DNA from: Cyanobacteria bacterium P01_F01_bin.150
GTDB lineage: Bacteria > Cyanobacteriota > Cyanobacteriia > CAKZMO01
Assembly: GCA_039189765.1 (NCBI GenBank)
Contig: JBCCYL010000009.1
Coordinates: 32,001-96,000, forward strand
DNA length: 64,000 nt
Direction of reading: 5' to 3'
Every line of letters begins with the position of its first letter. Within the stretch, counting starts at the first letter, position 1. The notes under the pieces were generated by a model that had not been told where the DNA came from, made no database searches, and worked only from the letters and a program-made list of their open reading frames with translations. Made by a program: the position numbers and the translations under genes. This document shows positions 10,406 to 19,135 of the stretch, piece by piece.

Positions 10406-11257
10406 TTAGGGATTTGCCACTGCAAATGTATCGCACTGGCTCACATCTCCAGTACGAATGCCTTGGGTAAACCAGCGGACTCGCTGTTCTGATGAACCGT
10501 GGGTAAATGAATCTGGGACGACTCGACCTTGAAACTGACTTTGGAGGCGATCGTCTCCAATTGCACTGGCGGCCACCAACGCTTCCTCAATATCACCTGC
10601 TTCTAAGATGTTGCGAGCTTTCTGAGCACGGTTTGCCCAGACTCCAGCGTAGCAATCTGCCTGCAATTCCAGACGCACAGAGAGCTGGTTAGCTTGAGTC
10701 TGACTCACTTGCCGCTTAACTCGCTGCACCTCTCCAGAAGTTCCCATCAGGTTCTGGACATGGTGGCCCACTTCATGGGCAATCACATAGGCTTGGGCAA
10801 AGTCACCAGGGGCACCGTGGCGATCGCGCAAATCATTATAAAAGCTCAAATCGATATAGACTTTCTGGTCAGCAGGACAATAAAACGGCCCCATTGCCGA
10901 CTGAGCTTGCCCACAGGCTGACTGTACAATCCCATCAAAGAGGACTAGACGAGGCTCCTGATAGACCGCTCCATTTTCTCGATAGATTTGATGCCAGGTA
11001 TCTTCCGTATCTGCCAGCACCACAGAGACAAATTCAGCTAGCTGATCTGACTGCCCTTGGGATAGCTGACCATTGGCACTAGGACCACTGCCTGTAGATA
11101 TGTTCTGGTCAAGAATTACCGTGGGATCGCCGCCAAGGAGCATAATGACAACGGCAAGGACAATAGTGCCGAGTCCACCGCCCACTACCATCGGGGCACC
11201 ACCTCCACCCCGACGGTCTTCCACGTTTGTGCTTCTGCGGCCTAGCTGCCAGCGCAT
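10406..11257 (-). CDS. Neutral zinc metallopeptidase (YpfJ family)
   Basis: RRSTNVEDRR, GPFYCPAD, AHEVGHHVQ (HExxH), ELQADC, DSFTHGSSEQR. Confidence 0.95.
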   Translation of the reverse strand: MRWQLGRRSTNVEDRRGGGGAPMVVGGGLGTIVLAVVIMLLGGDPTVILDQNISTGSGPSANGQLSQGQSDQLAEFVSVVLADTEDTWHQIYRENGAVYQEPRLVLFDGIVQSACGQAQSAMGPFYCPADQKVYIDLSFYNDLRDRHGAPGDFAQAYVIAHEVGHHVQNLMGTSGEVQRVKRQVSQTQANQLSVRLELQADCYAGVWANRAQKARNILEAGDIEEALVAASAIGDDRLQSQFQGRVVPDSFTHGSSEQRVRWFTQGIRTGDVSQCDTFAVANP

Positions 11258-11460
11258 AGGTTATCTCCAGGATTATAAAAGGATGGAGGAAAATTAATGT
11301 CTCAAGCTCCGGATCAATATTGCTGTTATTGTCCTGCAATTGATTCCTGGATTCAACCAATGCAAACGGCAATGTAACAGAAGGCAACATGCCTTTAGCT
11401 CCCAGCGCAGCTAGACCCCAAACGCCCTAATCAGAGTGGCGATCGCCACATATGCGAATA

Positions 11461-11594
11461 GTGTGGGCGCGTCGCGCCCACACCACCGTTAATTCTATTT
11501 CGCCTTGAAACGAAACCCAAACATTAAACGGTTTAAGCTTTAAGCTGAAAAGAATTTAACGGGATGCTGGGGCGCGTCGCGCCCCAGCATCCCG
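11461..11594. repeat. Inverted doublet of family A hairpins (REPIN/MITE-like)
   Basis: GTGTGGGCGC-GTC-GCGCCCACAC plus full tail at 11461-11518; second hairpin CGGGATGCTGGGGCGC-GTC-GCGCCCCAGCATCCCG (11560-11594) with its CCGTTAAATTCT tail on the opposite strand. Confidence 0.85.
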
Positions 11595-11615
11595 CCTTAA
11601 AATACAAGCCAAACA

Positions 11616-12893
11616 TCAAACAGAATCGGGGATCATAGATGCGTATGCTGGGTTCAAATTAAAATAGCCCAAATACTTTGCATTTAAGGCAAGGGCCACA
11701 TTCATATGATCGAATGCTGCCATTAACCACTGGAGCTGTTCATTTTCCGTATTAAAAAATTGATGGTAGAGATAGGCAAATCGCTTTTCCAACTCAAACC
11801 GGACTCGTTTACAGCTCAGCACAATATTAATCAAAAGACTGGTGACCAAATTAGAACCGACAGCCTCAAGCAAATAGTAAAAAGAATTTCCAGCATTGCT
11901 GCCATCACTGACAAGGGTATTTATCAGACGGCTAAACATTTGAATTCTGACCACCTGGGTTAGGGGAACGTTTGTCTGAAAATCAGCCATCGCAACCTGA
12001 AATAGTTGTTCAAATCGACGCTGACACCTTGGCCCTACATTTGAAACGGGCTGTACCACATGGTCAAGCAAGATCTGCTTAAATTCTCCAGCAGAGCGGA
12101 CATGTCGAGTACTTGCTTGGAAGTACTCGGCCTGATTCTTGAAACTATTGGAGCGTTTGGGACGATATAGGTTAATTGCGCCCAGCAAATCCTGATCGGA
12201 TAGGTGAGTTGGATTGATATTCGTCGCGACATCTATGTGTTGCGATCGCACATAAAATTGGTTTAGCTCTTGACCAAACTGCTTGAGTCTTTGATTACGC
12301 TTATATAAAATGCCCTGGTTTAGATGGGTCGCAGTATTGCTGATATCGGGCGTTTGAGTTCCTGCCTCATAGAGGAAAAAATAATCCTGAAATAAATCCC
12401 CAAAGTAGCGCTCCTGAGGAGACTCATTTTCTGCATACTCATCAGTGCCATAGGGATTATCAATCAGTCTTAGATGCCTCTTTAGTACGGCATAACGCTC
12501 ATCTTGCTGATAGGTTTGAATCGCGGTCCGTAATTTGCGAATTACCCGATTTTGGGCACGGTTTGCAGGCATATCTTCCAGCCAGAGAATCAGCCGAGTT
12601 AGGGCTTCTCCCCGATCGGTCTTCATATGCCAAAGATTAGTCAAGGTATAGTAACAACGATTGATAATATTAAGGCTCTGCTGTTCAAAGTCAGGAGCCA
12701 TAACAACGGCTTTCAATGCATTGGCGACAGTTTCGTTGGGATGGGCGTTCCCATTCCATAACAATCGATAAAAGCGCTCAATGGCATTATCATCATCAAG
12801 ATGCGCTAAGTCTCGGATATAGGTGTAGAGATCGCGTTGCTCAAGTGTGTCCGGTCGAGTCGGGTAGGAAGCGGTCGTATCGAATAGGTACAT
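11616..12893 (-). CDS. Uncharacterised filamentous-cyanobacterial protein
   Basis: Long ORF with AIERFYRLL, IINRCYYTL.N.W and IVL.C..V..ELEKRFA.LY..F motifs recalled from a cyanobacterial hypothetical family; start placed at ATG 12893. Confidence 0.7.
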   Translation of the reverse strand: MYLFDTTASYPTRPDTLEQRDLYTYIRDLAHLDDDNAIERFYRLLWNGNAHPNETVANALKAVVMAPDFEQQSLNIINRCYYTLTNLWHMKTDRGEALTRLILWLEDMPANRAQNRVIRKLRTAIQTYQQDERYAVLKRHLRLIDNPYGTDEYAENESPQERYFGDLFQDYFFLYEAGTQTPDISNTATHLNQGILYKRNQRLKQFGQELNQFYVRSQHIDVATNINPTHLSDQDLLGAINLYRPKRSNSFKNQAEYFQASTRHVRSAGEFKQILLDHVVQPVSNVGPRCQRRFEQLFQVAMADFQTNVPLTQVVRIQMFSRLINTLVSDGSNAGNSFYYLLEAVGSNLVTSLLINIVLSCKRVRFELEKRFAYLYHQFFNTENEQLQWLMAAFDHMNVALALNAKYLGYFNLNPAYASMIPDSV

Positions 12894-13091
12894 GCCCTGA
12901 ACGGTCCTAGCTAATGGGGGTATAGATAATATATGGTAGAAATAGAAACGAGAAAGAATGACCAAAGCCAATTCTTGAAGCGTATCAATTCCGGACTATG
13001 CATCCGGTTTGACGAGCAAATTCGACGAATGAAGATGTGACTCCAATCACCGCAATTTAAGATATTGATACCACGGTGACATAGTGACAAG

Positions 13092-16000
13092 CTATGGCAT
13101 GTGCAAATTTCTTAACTGTCCCCTAGCCTGAGAGGAGGGGAAGGACGCCGTTTGCAATTGCTTCTTTTCTATCTCAGACAGTCCTTGTACCTGCTGAAGA
13201 TTGATAGACAAAGGCACAGGCGCTTTATCCAGTGTACCCTTCACCAAAATATTAGTCTCAGATAACGCGCTACCAGGAGCACCATTTTGCTGCTTGTTAC
13301 CCAGACTTGCCACTTGCCAAATTAGTTCCCGCTGCTCCAAATTAAATATTTGGATTTGCATTCCCTGAGCAACCAGCATTAAGCGACCCGCGCTACAGGT
13401 TGTCAATACAGTCCCATAGCAATTGGACCGTTGAATAACGCGATAAGCCCCCGTTTGCCAATTCCAGCAAAAAAGGCTACCATCGCCGTTCTGACTGAGG
13501 CTACTGCCGGAAAGATAGGAGCCATTTGGGTCAAAACTCAGCCCCGTTAGTTGCCCAGAAGGTCGTTTCCATGAGACGACGCCAGTGTCTCTATTTATAA
13601 ACAGGGGGTCAGTATGCTCAATCTGTTCAACAACAGCTTCTCTGCGCACTTTGATGTAGGTAGACATTGGGTCCGCTTCTGCCCGCAATTGTCCATTCCA
13701 GGTCCAGCGCATATCCCAACAAAGATTTATCCCTACGGGCCACTCTTGATAGGATGGTGCTGAACGCGGCCAAGGCCGTAAATCCCAAATCAAGCCCTGA
13801 TTACTCTCACAAATACTCATTAATGCACAGCCATCAGGACTAAACGCAAGATGGCTAATCGCATTTCTATGGGCGATAAGAGGCTGGGGGCGATCGCCAT
13901 CAGCTCTGGCACCGATACCTGAACACATATCGTCCCACAGCACAATTGCACCGTTGGTCAAGCCAATAGCAATCCGGCCAATGGAACTTTGGACGATACA
14001 GCTAAAGGGAGCAGATAGAGAGGTCAATAGGGTTGGAGGCGTTGCATCATCCACCCACCATGAATAGACTCGCTGCTGACCCACTACGATCAGCGTATTT
14101 TGATCTTGAAAAACCAACTTCTCAATGGCTATCGATGGCTCTGCAGGAGGTTGCAGCGTTTTTTGTCCTGATGATTCTTGCTCTGACGCGGCTGTGGGTG
14201 GAAGATGGGCGATCGCTTTCAGCCGAAAGGTCCCTTCATTATGCTGCCAATAAAATAGTGCCCCAGCCTCATCTCCAATGGCGATCGCATTCCCCTTTGG
14301 CGTCATTGCTGCGGTCAATCGTCCGGTGAGATTTAAGGGCAAAAGGACATTTTGAAACCAGCACCCAGTAAAGTCCACCTGATGTAAATTGGCCTGTCGC
14401 AAATCCACATGCCGAATTGCTAGCCCTCTTAAATCAAATTCGGCTAGCGGCAGTTTTAGCGTGATGGCTAAATTCAGCAAATTGCTGGTGGCATACCCGC
14501 TCCTCAAGGTTGGATCAGCTTGGACAATCTTAAGCCAAGACTGTAGACGTTCAATCTGCTGCTGTTGAAATAATCCTTGGCGAAACTGGTGAGCGATGGC
14601 GATCCATAGCTTTTTATGGAGCCAATTCTGTCGCTCTGCTGACGCTGCACCGTGGAGCAACGGAAATGTATGTAGAGCTTGAAGGCTGGCAATGGGGCTA
14701 TCAACTATCTGTGGGGTCTGAGCTTTTAGCAGATCGGTGATGATTGCTTGCACCAGATGCTGGGCCAAAATATGGGCAAGGATGGGTGGGTTGATTCGAT
14801 ACCTCTGGTCACTGTCTTGACGGACTAAACAACGCTGCTCTAGAGAGACCAATGCCGATTCCCATTCTAAAGCCGACATATTTGGACTCTCAAGTTGGCG
14901 AATATCTTGGTATGAGAATGGTTTGAGTAGTAGCCAACACAGTAGCTGATATTCCTCTGGGGCAAGATTTACCAATACTTGGCTAAGGATAGTCACTAAC
15001 GATCGGTGGAGGGAGGGGTCGGCGATAAAATGCCGAATATTGGCAATATGCGATCGCTCCAGGGCCGTTGCTTCCACCAACAGCCAAGCTGGATTGCCTC
15101 CACAAAATTCTACAAACAGCTCCCAATTAGCATTGTCCCACTCTGCACCGGATGCAGCGGTGTCGGCTGAGTTAGAGAGGGGATCAGAGGGAGAATTAGG
15201 GGGACTAGGAGAAATAGAGGAGCTAGATATAGGGTCGAGTTGGCGCGATCGCAACAATAGAGCAGCATCTGGGACCTGAAGTCCTGTAACTTGATGGACC
15301 TTTAGCATCCCGTATTGAGCATTAAAGCACCCTGGTGGCTGTCGTCCCACCCAAATCAAACAGCCATAGCCTGACGGGGAATTTAGAAGAGACTTGAGCC
15401 ACTTTTCATAGCCACTGAACTCAGAACGGAAGCAACCCGCCAGTTGCTGGGATGCATAGAATTTGTCAGTGTGGTCAATCACCAGCAAAATCCGACACGA
15501 TTGCAACATTGCTACCAGGGCTGGAATGACGCTGGTATCGTCGGTTGTAGCCGGAACTGCAAAATTCAAGAATTGGTCGTTTCCATCTTTGGAGAGCTGG
15601 TGTCGAATTCTTTGATATAGATGCCCCAGAGTCATAACATTCGCGGCTTCATACCGCACTATGATATTGAAGTCGGCTCGAATTCGTTGCATTAGGGCAT
15701 GGGTAAAGTAAGTTTTCCCAATTCTCGCAGCTCCGCCGATAAACACGACTCGATGTCTCTGCTGAATGGCCTGAGACACGTCGTCTAAATCGGCTTTCCA
15801 AGTCTGAAATGGGAGCAAGTCATGGGGAACTTGATTGTTGGGATCGGATAATTTAGCCTGTTCTGGCTCCTCTTCTGGTTTGCGTGTACTGCGAATATCT
15901 GGTTCCGAAACATGGGTTTCAGCCTGGTGATGGTTGTACCAGTCCACTAACTTTCGGGGGCAGTTGTTTTTTCGAATGTCTTCCCCCAAAGCATTGCTTA

Positions 16001-16223
16001 AGCGTTTAAAGACCTGATAGCCATCGTTTTTCAGCGTTTTCCATTTGTAACGACCGTAGCCGGAATCTTTCAGGGAGTCGGGCATTTTCTCATAGGGTGG
16101 ATTCGAGTTACAAAGACAGGAATACAGCACTGCACGCTGGCTTGCAGGCAGGGCTTTACCATCCTTCTGCTGCAAATGACGCTCCACCTTATCCAAAAGT
16201 GCCTCAGCCTTTTCTCGTTCCAT
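13092..16223 (-). CDS. Divergent STAND (NB-ARC-like) NTPase with N-terminal HTH-like domain, pentapeptide stretch and WD40 repeats
   Basis: Walker A GAARIGKT, Walker B LLVIDH, CGGNPAWL (GxP), GYATSNLLNL, HVDLRQANLHQVDFTGC, AHRNAISHLAFSPDG..WD. Confidence 0.85.
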   Translation of the reverse strand: MEREKAEALLDKVERHLQQKDGKALPASQRAVLYSCLCNSNPPYEKMPDSLKDSGYGRYKWKTLKNDGYQVFKRLSNALGEDIRKNNCPRKLVDWYNHHQAETHVSEPDIRSTRKPEEEPEQAKLSDPNNQVPHDLLPFQTWKADLDDVSQAIQQRHRVVFIGGAARIGKTYFTHALMQRIRADFNIIVRYEAANVMTLGHLYQRIRHQLSKDGNDQFLNFAVPATTDDTSVIPALVAMLQSCRILLVIDHTDKFYASQQLAGCFRSEFSGYEKWLKSLLNSPSGYGCLIWVGRQPPGCFNAQYGMLKVHQVTGLQVPDAALLLRSRQLDPISSSSISPSPPNSPSDPLSNSADTAASGAEWDNANWELFVEFCGGNPAWLLVEATALERSHIANIRHFIADPSLHRSLVTILSQVLVNLAPEEYQLLCWLLLKPFSYQDIRQLESPNMSALEWESALVSLEQRCLVRQDSDQRYRINPPILAHILAQHLVQAIITDLLKAQTPQIVDSPIASLQALHTFPLLHGAASAERQNWLHKKLWIAIAHQFRQGLFQQQQIERLQSWLKIVQADPTLRSGYATSNLLNLAITLKLPLAEFDLRGLAIRHVDLRQANLHQVDFTGCWFQNVLLPLNLTGRLTAAMTPKGNAIAIGDEAGALFYWQHNEGTFRLKAIAHLPPTAASEQESSGQKTLQPPAEPSIAIEKLVFQDQNTLIVVGQQRVYSWWVDDATPPTLLTSLSAPFSCIVQSSIGRIAIGLTNGAIVLWDDMCSGIGARADGDRPQPLIAHRNAISHLAFSPDGCALMSICESNQGLIWDLRPWPRSAPSYQEWPVGINLCWDMRWTWNGQLRAEADPMSTYIKVRREAVVEQIEHTDPLFINRDTGVVSWKRPSGQLTGLSFDPNGSYLSGSSLSQNGDGSLFCWNWQTGAYRVIQRSNCYGTVLTTCSAGRLMLVAQGMQIQIFNLEQRELIWQVASLGNKQQNGAPGSALSETNILVKGTLDKAPVPLSINLQQVQGLSEIEKKQLQTASFPSSQARGQLRNLHMP

Positions 16224-16276
16224 GATCCTGAACCAGATTCACACCCCATTAGTCAGGTAGTGTATCGCAGAAAAAC

Positions 16277-16445
16277 TGACTTTTCATGACTTTTACTGAC
16301 TTTCTTGATGGTTGTTAATGACTTTTGAGGCTGAAATCAGGGTGAAAACTGACAAATGCTGACTAGAAAAGGCCAAAACTGCCTTTTATGACTGTGAAAA
16401 CCCCTTATTTTATAGTCATAAAAAGACTATAAAAAGTGCCTGACT
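16277..16445. promoter_or_regulatory. Phased TGAC(TTT) direct repeats in a divergent promoter
   Basis: TGAC at 16277/16287/16297, 16319, 16350/16360, 16389 and 16441. Confidence 0.55.
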
Positions 16446-16489
16446 ATTTTTCTTGAATCCTTTTTGCAGAACGGATAGAACATATTCAG

Positions 16490-16560
16490 GCCCCATAAAT
16501 AGCCCCCATAAGTAGCCCCTAGGTAAGTAGCCCCTGGTCAACGCCCCCATGAGTAGCCCC
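16490..16560. repeat. Six degenerate 12-15-bp tandem repeats (AGTA-GCCCC core)
   Basis: GCCCC cores start at 16490, 16502, 16515, 16530, 16543 and 16556. Confidence 0.8.
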
Positions 16561-16647
16561 AAAATGCTTGGAATTGGCTTTTTCCTGTAGCCTATTGCCC
16601 CCTCCAAGCATTTCAAAAAAACAATTGATGATTAAACGGAGTTCCTG

Positions 16648-16914
16648 ATGACTGTATTTAATGTCCTAAAACGAAGATGCGATCGCGCTTCTCGTTCTCC
16701 TCAAAAGTCTAATCCAAGTCGGAGTTTATTATTCCCAGAAGGCGATCGCGCTGTCGTTCTACAATCCATTGAACCGGACCATCTTGGCCGCATTTCCTAT
16801 CAAGGTACCCACTGGTTTGCCTGCGGTATAAATGATGTTTATATCCCGGAAAATACGCTAGTAAAAGTGCTCAGTCGTCGAGGTACTACTTGGTTAGTGC
16901 AACCCATTGACTGA
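16648..16914 (+). CDS. Stand-alone NfeD-like C-terminal (OB-fold) protein
   Basis: AVVLQSIEP..GRISYQGTHWFA...IPENTLVKVLSRRGTTWLVQP; GGAG upstream. Confidence 0.85.
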   Translation: MTVFNVLKRRCDRASRSPQKSNPSRSLLFPEGDRAVVLQSIEPDHLGRISYQGTHWFACGINDVYIPENTLVKVLSRRGTTWLVQPID

Positions 16915-17295
16915 TTAAATTATCAATATTCGGCAGCTAAATTCTGTATGAAGTTTAGGCTGAATTTTTATCTAGCCTCAACCTCAACCTCAACATCAGA
17001 AGTCGTGTGTTCATGATGTTTCCTATACTACCTATTTCTTTGCTTGGATGCTGATAATCCATACTCAACCGCCAAGTTAAAGTGGGTCACGCCACTATGG
17101 AGAAATATGTATTTCAAGGACTCCAATGCAAAGCAGAACAATCTTGAGAATGATGATATGACGATGCGCACTATTTACCATCTTACTTTAGCCGCTTAGT
17201 ACAGAACTTTTCAGAAATTAAATTAGCCTCATCATTTCTGTAATCACATTAAATTCAAATTCTCAAAGACATTCATCGACCTTCACATAAAGAGC

Positions 17296-18387
17296 ATGAA
17301 AAAATCAATCAAAAAAATCACAAAATTATCTGAAAGTAATTTTTTGAATTTAGATAATAGCCCTAATTTATTCAAAGAAAATATATATTTATATTTAACA
17401 ATTGTTTCAGCATCTTGCTTGAGCATATTTCTGCCATCAATATTATTATTTCTATTTAAACATAATTTTGACTGTGATAGATATGCTAAAATCACTCTAG
17501 ATGCAAACTATAAATTTGCATCTATACTTGGCAATATATGCATTATAATCATATTTTTCAGAAATAAAAAAATAGCAAAAGAAACTATTAGAAATCTCAG
17601 AAAAATATTATTTGGATTACTTTCTTTAATCACATTGATTTCATTTTCAAAACTTAGCTTTTCATCTTACATGGAAGGAAATTTTATTGATAAATCAAGC
17701 TCATTTCATATATCAATATTTTTTGTTTTTTCGGAATTGTCATTGCTAATTGTTATTTGGAAACTAGAATTTCTATTTGCCTTAAAATCAAAGAAGAAAG
17801 ATAATTTAGTGTCAAACCAACATAATTTTTTGCCTGTTCAGGAAAATTTATTTCGCTTGCCATTCAAAGTGGGTTCATTCTTTTGTTACAAATACATACT
17901 CATGATTCTTAATATTTTTCTGAATATGATGAAAAATATAGAGAAAAATAAATTTCAAAAGCGCACAGAAGAGGTAATAGAGATGTTTCAATATATTGTG
18001 ATAAACTTTATTATCAGTATGATCCCCTTTTTGATAGATTTGTTCCTTAGTTTTTCACTCTCAAATATAAAGCCACTTGGGAGAATTGTTGGCCTTAATG
18101 ATTTATATCTGATCCCTGCGGCTTTTGGTGCAGTTGAAGTCGCCTCGCAAATTTCGTCAAATAATGAGCTTAAAACCGAGGCCACCCGTTTTATGAAGAG
18201 ATTTCTTATTTTTGCAGTATGGATGGTTTCTTTGATTTCATTTTCACTATTTGCCTTTGGTTGTAATGAAAAAGCTTATGAGGATATGAATGAGCCTTTT
18301 GTCTATGCGATTGTAGGTAGTCTATATTGTATTATTGCTGTTTTAATTGTTGCGTTAAAATCTTTGGCTATAAGAGAGATTGAATAG
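17296..18387 (+). CDS. AT-rich multi-pass membrane protein, unknown function
   Basis: 363-codon ORF in very AT-rich, HIP1-free DNA; about 8-9 hydrophobic segments. Confidence 0.6.
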   Translation: MKKSIKKITKLSESNFLNLDNSPNLFKENIYLYLTIVSASCLSIFLPSILLFLFKHNFDCDRYAKITLDANYKFASILGNICIIIIFFRNKKIAKETIRNLRKILFGLLSLITLISFSKLSFSSYMEGNFIDKSSSFHISIFFVFSELSLLIVIWKLEFLFALKSKKKDNLVSNQHNFLPVQENLFRLPFKVGSFFCYKYILMILNIFLNMMKNIEKNKFQKRTEEVIEMFQYIVINFIISMIPFLIDLFLSFSLSNIKPLGRIVGLNDLYLIPAAFGAVEVASQISSNNELKTEATRFMKRFLIFAVWMVSLISFSLFAFGCNEKAYEDMNEPFVYAIVGSLYCIIAVLIVALKSLAIREIE

Positions 18388-18462
18388 CTTGATACGGTCC
18401 GTATATTTCCTATTTATGTAGTCTGTTAAGCATAAATTGTTGAAATTTGAAAAGTTTATTGC

Positions 18463-18584
18463 CCTGGCAACTAGAAGTTGCAGCTACACAAACGAAGTCC
18501 ACCTCCGTGGACTAGGTGTATCAAGGATTCTGACAACCCGCGTAGGCGGGTTTTGTTCGTATAGCCGCAATTTCAATTGCCAGG
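18463..18584. mobile_element. Palindromic MITE-like element (family B, copy 1)
   Basis: Inverted ends CCTGGCAA..GCAGCTACAC / GTATAGCCGC..TTGCCAGG; internal hairpins AGTCCAC-CTCC-GTGGACT and AACCCGC-GTAG-GCGGGTT; homologous copy near 37603. Confidence 0.8.
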
Positions 18585-19135
18585 AGGGCTTGATCAGTAG
18601 CCACTGTATTTTTACGTACAGAAAAATGTTTTGAAAGGTAGTTTTTAATAAGTCGCCAAATGCACAATGTATCAATTTTACGTATGAAGTATTGCGTAGG
18701 GTATAAACACTCATAAAGCACCGTTTCTTATTTTTATCAAAAACTTAATAATACGTTATGAAAACTTAAGCAATATAGTATGTTCAACGACAGATTGCGA
18801 TCGCACAAGGGATTGATTTATCGCTGTTCGCTAAGGACGATGACAACTCTAGCGTATCAGTACTTTATCATTAAAAAATATCTTACTGTTTATTTTGCTT
18901 GCATATAAATATTCAATCTAAATCGGCGAATTGACTGTTTACTTAAACACATAAAAAACTATAGGATTTGGGATATACTTTACTCTACTTTACTTTCTTC
19001 TTAAGTGTTTGTTGCAGTAAAGACGTGAAGGCCATCCTCTAGCTGCTACTGAATATTGCATGCATATTAGTGGATGCACTTAGGAATAAGAGTGGCCGGG
19101 GATTTTATGTTTTTATTCAGGATACGCATCTTACT

